IMG/VR virus record: IMGVR_UViG_3300023283_000145
Span: 1-35,946 of that record
Direction: 5' to 3' (one strand)
From: a virus
Taxonomy: Duplodnaviria > Caudoviricetes
Length of the DNA stretch: 35,946 nucleotides
Below the pieces are notes generated by a model, which saw nothing but the letters and a program-made list of their open reading frames with translations, made no database searches and was not told the DNA's origin. Positions within the stretch are counted from its first letter, which is position 1. Each line of letters opens with the position of its first letter. Shown one piece after another: positions 19,778 through 28,193 of this stretch. Position numbers and translations under genes: made by a program.

Positions 19778-19900
19778 GTTGCGCCCCGTTGCGTCCGGTG
19801 TTGCTCGGTGTTGCGCGGCGTTGCATCGGATGCGGGACCCCGACACTGGAAAAACATCGCGCGCCGCTGACCCGTATTTGTGCGGCGGCCGGAAGGACCC
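19778..19900 (-). other. cos packaging site (cosQ, cosN and phased repeats)
   Basis: Minus strand reads GGGTCCT-TCCGGCCGCCGCACAAATACG-GGTCAGCGGCG-CGCGATGTTTTT, paralleling lambda GGGTCCT...TTACG/GGGCGGCGACCT/CGCGGGTTTT. Five GTTGC (plus strand) copies at 19778, 19788, 19800, 19810 and 19820. Confidence 0.72.
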
Positions 19901-19939
19901 GCACGGGTCACCCCCTCCCCGGGGGATGGCGCGACGGAC

Positions 19940-20017
19940 TTGCCGAAACGGCAATTCCGCGAGGGCAATACTCGCACGCAGTGCCACGCTGTCAAGCCGA
20001 TTTTGTTTTTTTCGCAA
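19940..20017 (-). promoter_or_regulatory. Putative late-operon promoter with operator
   Basis: TTGCCGAAACGGCAA at 19940-19954, minus-strand TTGACA at 19995-19990, and a weak operator copy at 20003-20017. Confidence 0.5.
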
Positions 20018-20288
20018 GTTCGGCGGCCAGACCTGGGCCGCCGCTACAGCCCCCGCCCGACCGTCCCGCCGGCCGTACCGCCGCCAAGCCCTTGCATGCC
20101 TTGCGCGATTTCCCGAAACGGTACACCTGCTACGCTGGTACGGTAGGGGTGGGGTCGCGCACGCGCGCGCGTGCGAGGCATACCCCCGTCCCGGCCGTAG
20201 CGGTCGTACCGCGCGGCTCAAACAAGCTGGTTTTCGAGGAACTTGCGCCCGCTACACCGGGCGGGACAGCGGCCGGTACGGCGCCCCG

Positions 20289-22391
20289 TCAATCCGGGTC
20301 GAGGCCCGGATCGGGATCTCGGTCGGGATCGGTGTCGTCGAGGCCCGCCGGGTCTTGGCCGGGCTTCACCCGCGCATCCTGGTTCGACGGATCGTCGTCG
20401 TATTTCTCGACTGGCGGCACCAGGTCGCGGGGCACCAGGGTCACCCGCGACTGCGATCCGGCAAACCGCAGCGGCGCCTTGCACTTGCGCGCCCCCGGCA
20501 GGCGCGCCAGCGCTTGCGACCAGACCCCGTCCTGCCACCGCGACCCGCGAAAGACGTCGTCGAGCCCCCGGTGCTGGTGCGCGACCGCCAGATACCGCGC
20601 CTTGCCTTCGTCGCGCACGGTCAGGCCGAAGGTGCCGAGAACGCCGCGCCGCTTCGCGGTCGCGTGCTCCAGCGCCACCGCCGCGAGCTGACCCAGCGTT
20701 ATGCGCCGTCGGCCGCCGGTTTCGCCGGGCACCTCGACCGCCGTCGACAGCAGGTGCTGCAGGCACTGGTCGTGGTCGCTGTCGCCTTCCGCGTCCGCGA
20801 AGTCGCTGGCCATCAAGCCCGCGGCAACCGCGTCGGCCGTCTCCGGCCGGGTGTCGTCGTCGCTGATCAAGACGTCCGCCGCGGCCAGCAGCGTGCCGAA
20901 CTGGTCGCATTGCCGGCTGTCGCCGCCGGCCTGTGCGAAGGCCGCCGAATAGACCCGCAGGTTGCGCTCGAAACGGCCAAGCCCTTCGATCATGCGGGTC
21001 CGCAGCGCCGGCCCGTGGCGGCCGAACTCGGCGATGGCGTCGCGCACCCGGTCGGCGGGGGTGGCGTCGTCGCCCAGCGGCGCCAGCGCCAGCACGGTAA
21101 TGCGGCTCGCGTCCTGCGGCGGCATGCGAGGATAGAGGATGGCGGAGAAGTAGAACACCGCGCGGATAAGCCATTGCTGGTGGCGCCCGCCGACCGACCC
21201 CCGCAGCACGGCCCCCTGGCTGTCGGTCGAGGCCAGGCGCGCGAGCTCGACCAGACGCTTCGCCCGGTTGTTGTCCGCGTCGTGCTCGACCTCATCGAGC
21301 ATCACCGGGCGCGCGGCGGAGCGCAGCGCCTGGCGCACCCCGGCCGCGCTGGGTTCCGCCGCCTTCAGGATGGTCTTTTCGCCCAGCAGCGCGTCGGCCA
21401 GCGTCGCGAGCTCCGATTTGCCGGTGCCGCGCGCGCCGGTGATCAAGATGTGCGGCCGCCAGCGCAGCGCGCCGCAGACGTAGGCACAGGCGACCCAGCC
21501 CAGCCACAGCTTGGCCGACAGCCGGCGCGGGTCGTCGGTGGCCAAGGGGGGCGACATCCAGCGCCACGCCTCAAGAAAACCCAGGATTTCCAGGCCGACC
21601 TTGGCCGGCGCCGCGACGTCGGCCGGCCGTTGCTCCGGCGGCGCGGTGGTGTAGATGATGCCCCCAAGGCTGCACCCCGCCGGTATCCAGCCGGCCGGTG
21701 TCAGCACCTTGTCGCCGACATGCACCAGCAGTTCGCGATCGGCGCCGCGCCAGGCGCCCGGTCCGCGCACGTGCTTCTCGGGATCGAAGTATCCGCCGTC
21801 GTGGCACGCCCGGATGATCCAGGTCCGGGCCTTCGCCCACAGCACGCCGACCGGAACGCCGTCGCCGTCGAGCTTGGGGAACGCCCTGTACAGCCACGAC
21901 AGGTGGCCGCCGAACAGGTCTTCGATCACCGGCGCCGACAGGTCCTTGGCGCGCACCGCGCGCACCACCCCGCCGCGACCCAGGACGTACAGCACGCCGT
22001 CGGCCATGTCCCAGCCCAGCGGCGCGATCGGGCAGCCGTCGGGCAGGCCGCCGGCCGACGCCACGGCGCCCCCGCCATCATCGCCCCCGTCGTCGTCGCC
22101 GCGATCGCCGACCGCCAGGGGCGCGGGCAGGGCGTCGGCACCCTCGACCGCGGCCGCCGCGCGCCGGTGCGTCGCCCGGTCGAAGGCCGATGGCGCGACC
22201 TCGACCGCCCCCGCCTCGACCGCCCGCCGCGCGACCAGCGCGGTCGCGAGCCGGAAGCCCGGCCGCCCGTCTCCCAGGTCGTCAAGCCACTTGGCTTTCA
22301 GGCCGATCCGCTCCGCGAAGGCCTCAAGGTCCTTGATCGACCCGTCGCCATCGATACCCAGCCGCGAGCCGTCCGTCAGGATGCGCGCCAT
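20289..22391 (-). CDS. Phage replication P-loop NTPase (probable helicase)
   Basis: Start MARILTDG (ATG 22391). WRPHILITGARGTGKS Walker A, PVMLDE Walker B and QDASRI arginine-finger-like motif. Downstream of cro. Confidence 0.78.
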   Translation of the reverse strand: MARILTDGSRLGIDGDGSIKDLEAFAERIGLKAKWLDDLGDGRPGFRLATALVARRAVEAGAVEVAPSAFDRATHRRAAAAVEGADALPAPLAVGDRGDDDGGDDGGGAVASAGGLPDGCPIAPLGWDMADGVLYVLGRGGVVRAVRAKDLSAPVIEDLFGGHLSWLYRAFPKLDGDGVPVGVLWAKARTWIIRACHDGGYFDPEKHVRGPGAWRGADRELLVHVGDKVLTPAGWIPAGCSLGGIIYTTAPPEQRPADVAAPAKVGLEILGFLEAWRWMSPPLATDDPRRLSAKLWLGWVACAYVCGALRWRPHILITGARGTGKSELATLADALLGEKTILKAAEPSAAGVRQALRSAARPVMLDEVEHDADNNRAKRLVELARLASTDSQGAVLRGSVGGRHQQWLIRAVFYFSAILYPRMPPQDASRITVLALAPLGDDATPADRVRDAIAEFGRHGPALRTRMIEGLGRFERNLRVYSAAFAQAGGDSRQCDQFGTLLAAADVLISDDDTRPETADAVAAGLMASDFADAEGDSDHDQCLQHLLSTAVEVPGETGGRRRITLGQLAAVALEHATAKRRGVLGTFGLTVRDEGKARYLAVAHQHRGLDDVFRGSRWQDGVWSQALARLPGARKCKAPLRFAGSQSRVTLVPRDLVPPVEKYDDDPSNQDARVKPGQDPAGLDDTDPDRDPDPGLDPD

Positions 22392-23122
22392 CACGCCGCC
22401 TCGATTTTGGGGATGCCTGGTGCGATCTGGCGCTGCCGCTGGCGCAGCGCCTTGGCGTGCGCGGCATCGTCGGCGACCAGGGCGGGCACGGTCCGGTCGA
22501 GCAACAGCCGTTCCGCCGCCGGGTCGTGCCAGTCGAGCACGCAGGCGGCGCCGCTTTGCGCCCCGCCGGCGCGCGCCCAATCCAGCGGCGTGCGCACAAG
22601 CCGCATGGGCGCGCCCGAGTCCCGGGCGTCTTCGATCGCCTTTTCCCCCAGGCACCACAGCGCGCCGGTCGCGCGCCACCACCGGCGCGGGTCGACCGCG
22701 TCGATCGCCAACAGTTCCAGGCAGCGCGGTGGCCGCGGCGACACCGACGGCGCGATGACCTCGACGATGGGCAGGGTCAGCACCTCGACGGCGCCGGCCG
22801 GATCGTCCGCCCATTGCCAATAGGCGTCGGCCGTGCCCGGCCGGCCGGACACCTCGGCCCGCGCGGTGCCCACCGCCGGCCGCCCGGTCCAGAGATATTT
22901 CGCCAGCGTCGCGTGCGGATCGATCCGCTTGCCGTGCACCGCCGCCAGCTTTTCCAGGGCGACGAAGGCCTGAAACAGCAGGGTGTCGCTCTCCAATGCC
23001 GTCGACAGCAGCACGCCGAACCGCGCCCGGTCCCGCGCTTGCGCGTCCGACGGCGTGACCGGGTCGGGATCGGCCGCGTCGGGCGGCTCGCGGACGTCTG
23101 GCGTGACGGCCGCGACGCTCAC
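22391..23122 (-). CDS. Conserved-looking phage hypothetical protein
   Basis: Coupled to both neighbours. Contains WWRATGALWCLG...RLVRTPLDWARAG...ACVLDW. Confidence 0.7.
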   Translation of the reverse strand: MSVAAVTPDVREPPDAADPDPVTPSDAQARDRARFGVLLSTALESDTLLFQAFVALEKLAAVHGKRIDPHATLAKYLWTGRPAVGTARAEVSGRPGTADAYWQWADDPAGAVEVLTLPIVEVIAPSVSPRPPRCLELLAIDAVDPRRWWRATGALWCLGEKAIEDARDSGAPMRLVRTPLDWARAGGAQSGAACVLDWHDPAAERLLLDRTVPALVADDAAHAKALRQRQRQIAPGIPKIEAA

Positions 23123-23433
23123 CCGCGCGCCCCGTACCCCGCGGCGCCGGCGCCGGGCAGCGGCGCCCCGGTGTCCGGGTCCCGCCCCTGGATGGCGCGC
23201 GACAGCTTGATGCCGAGTTCCTGCAGGATGTGGTCGACGCCGTGGCCGACCTTCCCCCGGGTGACGAAACCGACCTCGACCAGCGGCCAGGTGGCCGGGT
23301 CGGCGGGATCGCCGCCCGCCGGGTCGTAGCCCAGCGACAGCGTGATGTCGTGGCCGCGCGCCCCGCCTTCGGGCCGCGCGAGCACGGAAAAGGCGTGGTT
23401 GATGCTGACCAGGCGCCCGGACGGCTTAGGCAT
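23119..23433 (-). CDS. Small protein resembling the TSCPD-type domain
   Basis: ITLSLGYDP...LVEVGFVTRGKVGHGVDHILQELGIKLSRAIQG resembles the C-terminal domain of class II RNR/TSCPD proteins by eye. Operon-coupled. Confidence 0.55.
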   Translation of the reverse strand: MPKPSGRLVSINHAFSVLARPEGGARGHDITLSLGYDPAGGDPADPATWPLVEVGFVTRGKVGHGVDHILQELGIKLSRAIQGRDPDTGAPLPGAGAAGYGARG

Positions 23434-23677
23434 GCGGTCCGTCCCCCTTGCCGACCGGCGCGATGCCGAGTCGGGCGGCCAGCCATTCCCAGGTCGGCGC
23501 CGCGTCGGGCGAGACCTCGCAGCCGGCTTGCCGCGCCAGTTCGATGGCGTATTCGCGCGACACGTCGCCCGAACGCCACTTGTACACGGTCGACAGGTGC
23601 ACGCCGCAGGCGGCGGCGGTTTCCTGCATGCCGCCGAAATGGCGGATCACCGCCTCGACGATCTGCGCCTTGTCCAT
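23426..23677 (-). CDS. Cro-like HTH regulator
   Basis: MDKAQIVEAVIRHFGGMQETAAACGVHLSTVYKW, with AAGGGGG RBS; divergent from the repressor gene. Confidence 0.85.
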   Translation of the reverse strand: MDKAQIVEAVIRHFGGMQETAAACGVHLSTVYKWRSGDVSREYAIELARQAGCEVSPDAAPTWEWLAARLGIAPVGKGDGPHA

Positions 23678-23711
23678 TCGGACCCCCTTCGTTGGGCTTG
23701 CATCGCGGCTG

Positions 23712-23771
23712 AGTTTGCCAATTTGACAAATACACGGCAAGCCCCTTGCGAGGAATTTTCCCATCCGGCAA
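23712..23771. promoter_or_regulatory. cro/cI control region with two operators and a leftward promoter
   Basis: TTGCC-AATTT-GACAA at 23715-23729 and TTTCC-CATCC-GGCAA at 23757-23771. Minus strand TTGCCG-N17-CAAACT at 23740-23712. Confidence 0.65.
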
Positions 23772-23847
23772 AAAGCCCTCGCGAGGGAATGCGGCCGGCG
23801 GGGTCGACCCGCAACCGCGCGAATTCACAGCGGATCGGAGAAAGCAC

Positions 23848-24462
23848 GTGTCGGACAATAACAACGCCTGGCTACGCGAGCGTTTGAAGGCAGCCGGCCG
23901 CACCCAGCGTGAACTGGCGAACCATCTCGGCGTGCGGGATGAAACTATAACCAAGATGATCAAGGGTGTGCGACAGGTCCATGCCGACGAAGTCGCCGGC
24001 ATTGCCGAATTTCTCGGCTTGGACTTGGTCACCGTGCTTCGCCATCTGACGAATACCAAGATCGTGACCAACAGGAGAATACGCGTGTCGCACGAACTGG
24101 ACACCGGAGGGCGCTTGCGCCCCCTTGGGGAGGACGCGCCGACCGTATCCGCGCCCGCGGGCTTCGATACGGACGGAGGCCGCGTCGTCATCGTTGCCAC
24201 CGACAGCCACGCGCCCCGCTACGAGCGCGGCGCCGTGCTCTTTGCCGAGCGCATCGACCTCGACCGTTTGCCCCGGCATTACGGCTATGTGGTGCTGGTC
24301 GAGGATGCGGACGGCACGGTCTACCTTGGCCGGCCGCGCCAGGCGCGGGACCACCCCGGCCGGGTCGAGATGGTCAGCCTCGATGGCGCCGTGCATCCCG
24401 GCATCACGCCGACGCGCGCCGACCGCGTGCTCGCCGTGTACGAGCCCCAACCCAGCGACTAG
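23848..24462 (+). CDS. CI-like repressor (HTH plus degenerate S24 domain)
   Basis: GGAG RBS and GTG start at 23848. HTH WLRERLKAAGRTQRELANHLGVRDETITKMIKGVR; C-terminal VATDSHAPRYERG. Confidence 0.85.
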   Translation: MSDNNNAWLRERLKAAGRTQRELANHLGVRDETITKMIKGVRQVHADEVAGIAEFLGLDLVTVLRHLTNTKIVTNRRIRVSHELDTGGRLRPLGEDAPTVSAPAGFDTDGGRVVIVATDSHAPRYERGAVLFAERIDLDRLPRHYGYVVLVEDADGTVYLGRPRQARDHPGRVEMVSLDGAVHPGITPTRADRVLAVYEPQPSD

Positions 24463-24486
24463 CGCGCCCGCCACAGCGCCCCGCGC

Positions 24487-24519
24487 AGACCCGCCGCGGC
24501 CCGTGGCGGGTCTTTTTTT
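24487..24519 (+). terminator. Intrinsic terminator after cI
   Basis: AGACCCGCC...GGCGGGTCT hairpin followed by a T7 run. Confidence 0.8.
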
Positions 24520-24590
24520 GCCAAAAGCGCAACTTTTGAGGTTGACGATTTCGCAACGTCGCCGCACTCTCGAATTTGTCAAAACGGCAA
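24518..24590 (+). promoter_or_regulatory. Early promoter with three operators
   Basis: Operators at 24518-24532, 24542-24556 and 24576-24590. TTGACG-N17-CACTCT at 24542-24570. Confidence 0.68.
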
Positions 24591-24605
24591 TTCGGAGAGA
24601 CAGGC

Positions 24606-25082
24606 ATGCGAGATCAAACCTTGGTGCGGCTGGCGCATGAGGAAGCGGCGCACCGCGCGGCCGCGGACGTCGCCCATGCGCTGGGCAAGCACGGCACCGC
24701 CGCGCACCACACGGCGCGCGCCGACGGCATCCGCCACGTGCTTGACACGCAATACCCCGATCGCGGCCGGCGCGCGTATGGCGGGGACGGCCACGCGGCG
24801 ATCGTGCCGATCGCCGATCCGGCCGGGGTGCGGCGCGACGACACCGGCGCCGTCCAATCGCTGCGGGTGATCGATCCGGTCGGGCCGACCACGGCCGAGT
24901 ATTTCGCGCAGCCCCTTGTCGACGAACTCGCCGAAGCGCTGTGGTCCGTGCTGCGCCAGCACGCCGGCGCCGACGGCTGCCGCTGCCAGGTCTGCAAGGC
25001 CGGCCGCGCGGCCTTGGCCGCGGTCGGCTGGCGCGACCGGACCTGCCGCCCCGCGCTCGCGAAGAATGGGGGCGCGACATGA
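24606..25082 (+). CDS. Hypothetical early protein
   Basis: GGAGAG RBS and ATG 24606. CRCQVC motif near the C-terminus; ATGA-coupled to the next gene. Confidence 0.7.
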   Translation: MRDQTLVRLAHEEAAHRAAADVAHALGKHGTAAHHTARADGIRHVLDTQYPDRGRRAYGGDGHAAIVPIADPAGVRRDDTGAVQSLRVIDPVGPTTAEYFAQPLVDELAEALWSVLRQHAGADGCRCQVCKAGRAALAAVGWRDRTCRPALAKNGGAT

Positions 25083-25525
25083 CCCGCCGCGCCGACGTCG
25101 AGCGCGCCGTGCTGGCCGTGCGCGCCACGCGGCTCGCCAGCCTGCCGCCGGGACCGCTGGTCGAGCTCGCGCGCGCCGAACTGGCGCAAATCCAGTCGCC
25201 GCAATTCCGCGAGGCCAAGCGCAAGCCGCCCACGGTGTTCCTGATGCACCAACTCGAAGCGTCGTCGACCCCGGCGCAGTTGCTGCGCAAGGCCGCCGAG
25301 ACGGCCGACAGCATCGTGCGGGAGCTTGAGGACAATCTGTCCCAGGGACCCGACGACGCGCCCAGCAAGACCGGCCTTGAGTTGCTGCTGAAGGGCGCGG
25401 CCCCGCAGCGCTACCCGGTCTATGCCGACGCGGCCGCCTTGCGGGCGGCCGCCGAGCTCGCCGAAGCGCAAGAGGCCGCCGCCGACCCTTTCGTGCCCCC
25501 CGCCACCGGAGTGACCGCCAGATGA
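25079..25525 (+). CDS. Hypothetical early protein
   Basis: MTRRADVERAVLAV..., with ATGA overlaps at both ends and high GC3. Confidence 0.72.
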   Translation: MTRRADVERAVLAVRATRLASLPPGPLVELARAELAQIQSPQFREAKRKPPTVFLMHQLEASSTPAQLLRKAAETADSIVRELEDNLSQGPDDAPSKTGLELLLKGAAPQRYPVYADAAALRAAAELAEAQEAAADPFVPPATGVTAR

Positions 25526-26724
25526 CCGCGACCACCGCCACGGCCGAACCGGCCGCGACCGCCCGCGTCCAGATCGATCGCCGCGAACTGCACCGCGCGT
25601 TGCTTGCCTGCACGGGCGTGGTCGAGCGCCGCGCGACCATTCCGATCCTGGGCAACGTGCGCCTGACGCAGGACGCCGACGGCCTGCATCTGTTGGCCAC
25701 CGACATGGACATCGACCACACCATCACCCTGCCGCTGGCCGATCCGGGCCACGGCGCGCCGCTGGCCACGACCGTGGTCTGCCATGCCGTGACTGCCTTC
25801 GTCGGCGAGCTCGGGTCGGACCGGGCGGAACTGGAGCTCGACGGCGACCGTCTGACGGTCCGCGACAACGAGGGCTGTGACGCGCAGTGGCCGACCTTGC
25901 CGGTGGCGGATTTCCCCACCCGCGACGCCCCGACCGGCGCGCCGTTCGCCGCGCTCGACCTGACCGCGCGCGAGCTGGCCGACTGGTGGTCGCCGGTCAC
26001 GCCCTGCATCTCGACCGAGGACACCCGGTACTACCTGAACGGCATCGCGCTGGAAATCGAGCCGGCGCGCGGCGCCACCGGGCGTTTGGTCGCGGTCGCC
26101 ACCGACGGTCATCGCCTCGCGTGCTGTCACGGCCCGTCGGCGCCGGCGCAGTGGTCCAGCGTCATCGTGCCGCGCGCCGCCGTGCACCAGACCCTGCGCC
26201 GCCTGGCCGACCAGGGCGACGACACCCCGGTCCGGCTGAGCCTGCACGCGCCGGGACGCGACGCCACCCCCAACAGGATCATGCTGGAATTCGGCCGCGA
26301 GCGCGTCGTGGCCAAGCTGGTCGACGGCACCTTTCCCGACTGGCGGCGGGTGGTGCCGCCGAAGGGCAATGCGCCGGTCGAGCTCGACGTTCCCCGGCTG
26401 CGCCAGTCGCTGCGCCGGGTCCGCGCCGTGGTCGGTCCCAAGGCCGCCGCGCGCATCCAGGCCGAAGGCGCCGGCATGACCGTGTCCGGCCGGACCGCGG
26501 ACGGCGCCCGTGTGTCCGATCGCTGCCCCGCTGCGGCGACGGTGCCGACCGAATGGGATGCCGGTTTCCGGGTCAGCTACCTCTTGGACGCGATCCGCGA
26601 TTTCGGCCTCGACCGGCTGCGGATGCACGTCAGCGGCGCCGAGTCCCCGGCGCGCTTCGACATCCCGCCCGACGTCCAGACGGACCGCGAGATGTTCGTG
26701 GTCCTGATGCCCATGCGGGTCTGA
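25522..26724 (+). CDS. dnaN: Phage-encoded DNA polymerase III beta sliding clamp homolog
   Basis: VVERRATIPILGNVRL, ATDMD, ISTEDTRYYLNGI, VATDGHRLA, KLVDGTFPDWRRVVP and terminal VLMPMRV. Confidence 0.92.
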   Translation: MTATTATAEPAATARVQIDRRELHRALLACTGVVERRATIPILGNVRLTQDADGLHLLATDMDIDHTITLPLADPGHGAPLATTVVCHAVTAFVGELGSDRAELELDGDRLTVRDNEGCDAQWPTLPVADFPTRDAPTGAPFAALDLTARELADWWSPVTPCISTEDTRYYLNGIALEIEPARGATGRLVAVATDGHRLACCHGPSAPAQWSSVIVPRAAVHQTLRRLADQGDDTPVRLSLHAPGRDATPNRIMLEFGRERVVAKLVDGTFPDWRRVVPPKGNAPVELDVPRLRQSLRRVRAVVGPKAAARIQAEGAGMTVSGRTADGARVSDRCPAAATVPTEWDAGFRVSYLLDAIRDFGLDRLRMHVSGAESPARFDIPPDVQTDREMFVVLMPMRV

Positions 26725-26736
26725 CGGGGGTGCGGG

Positions 26737-26883
26737 ATGCACGACCGCCGCACGCGCGCCCGCCAACTGGCCGCCATGGCCGCTCTCGCGATCGCCGGAT
26801 GGCTGGCCGTGGCCGGGCTGGCCTATCTCGGCATGCTGGCCATCGCCGAACACGTCCGGATCGAGCGGCACCATGCCCGGTAA
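26737..26883 (+). CDS. Small single-pass membrane protein (48 aa)
   Basis: MHDRRTRARQLAAMAALAIAGWLAVAGLAYLGMLAIAEHVRIERHHAR; fills the gap between the clamp gene and xis. Confidence 0.6.
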   Translation: MHDRRTRARQLAAMAALAIAGWLAVAGLAYLGMLAIAEHVRIERHHAR

Positions 26884-27184
26884 CCCGAGCGCCGACGCCA
26901 TCCTGGAGCGGCTGGCATCGGCCATCGCCGGCGGCGGCCGTCCCCGCCTGGCCAGTCAGGACTACCTGTGCTGGTACCTGGGCGACATCTCCCCGTCGAC
27001 CCTGTACCGCTGGATCGAGGCGGGCAGGGTGCCGCCGGCGCAGCCCGGCGCGCGGGTCTGGGATCTCCGCCTGGTCGACCGCTACCTCGACCGCTGGTCC
27101 GGCCTGCCGCCGGCCGACGCGGCCACCGCCGTCGACGGCGACGACGGCAACCAGGTGTTGAGGCGGCTTCGTGGTCAGGGGTGA
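26873..27184 (+). CDS. Excisionase / AlpA-like winged-HTH protein
   Basis: PRLASQDYLCWYLGDISPSTLYRWIEAGRVPP...RVWDLRLVDRYLD, upstream of the integrase. Confidence 0.75.
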   Translation: MPGNPSADAILERLASAIAGGGRPRLASQDYLCWYLGDISPSTLYRWIEAGRVPPAQPGARVWDLRLVDRYLDRWSGLPPADAATAVDGDDGNQVLRRLRGQG

Positions 27185-27466
27185 CTTGCTGTAATCTTCA
27201 TTGGGTTCCGGCACCCGGCTGTGCGCGGTCCTTTGGCGCCGTCTGGCTGGCGGGTAACATTACATTGCAGGCGCCGCAGTATCATCGCTCTACAGTCGGC
27301 TTTCAGTTTTGCGCTTGCGCCAAATTTTATTGGTATAAATATAAAAGGGAAAATCAACTAAAAATTTACGGCGTTATGTTTGTTGTAACCTCTGTGCTCG
27401 TACAGCATGATAGCGTTAGCCGATAGCACACCGTAAACCAGACACCCAGAGCCAGGATTGATTGTC

Positions 27467-27952
27467 ATGTTTGGAGGACCTAAGAAGAAAGCTGTCAAAA
27501 CCGCCACAGAGGCTGTCAAGCAAATAACGACAGTCATGCATCGGACCGGTGGCATCCCTGGCGGTTTTTGGAGTGATCCGTACGCGCTTGGCTATATTTA
27601 CGGAACTACGGCGTTCTTTGTTGGTGCGACAATGCCTAAGAATGTAGCGCCAGCCGATACAGGACAGGCAATTATCCAAACACTTATAAAGGTATCATAT
27701 CGTTCTGATACACCAGATACGGTGGAAGCTATGATATCAAGAGGTAATCCGGATTTTAAAGACGGACACAATAATGCGATGAAAGTACTAGATATCGCTT
27801 ATAATTTAGATGCTCATGAAGAAGATGTAGATGTGCAAAAAGCACGACAGGCGGTTGAAAAACTTGGAGGTGGGCGCGACAATTCAAGTATCAGCGGCGC
27901 ACTTCAAAGCATAGTATTTTATCAAAGAATTCGAGAACGACTAAAGCCCTGA
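27467..27952 (+). CDS. AT-rich moron, hypothetical protein (161 aa)
   Basis: AGGA RBS and ATG 27467. Codon usage is sharply different from flanking genes; AT-rich upstream region at 27300-27420. Confidence 0.75.
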   Translation: MFGGPKKKAVKTATEAVKQITTVMHRTGGIPGGFWSDPYALGYIYGTTAFFVGATMPKNVAPADTGQAIIQTLIKVSYRSDTPDTVEAMISRGNPDFKDGHNNAMKVLDIAYNLDAHEEDVDVQKARQAVEKLGGGRDNSSISGALQSIVFYQRIRERLKP

Positions 27953-28193
27953 AACCGCCGCATCATATTGGATCAGCGGTCAAGCGCGGCAGCTTATCGG
28001 GCAGATATGAGTCGCTAGCTCGAATGTAGCGCTTGTGGACGGCGCGCCAGTCCGAAGGGCCAATCTTTTATGTCCGGGCGGTGAGAGCCGACGGGAAGGC
28101 GCCGTCGTTCGATGCCGAGAGGAATAGCGGCAAGCCATTCGACTGGCGCGCGGCAAGGCAGCGGCCTTTACCCCTCGACCTTCGTTCCAGAAT

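Noticed and set aside
20289-24200. 1303-aa ORF as one protein
   Set aside because: The upstream part overlaps cI, cro and two other coupled genes. The credible start is ATG 22391.
27175-27679. Short minus-strand ORFs in the AT-rich insert
   Set aside because: No clear RBS or motifs; they overlap the better-supported plus-strand ORF or its promoter region.
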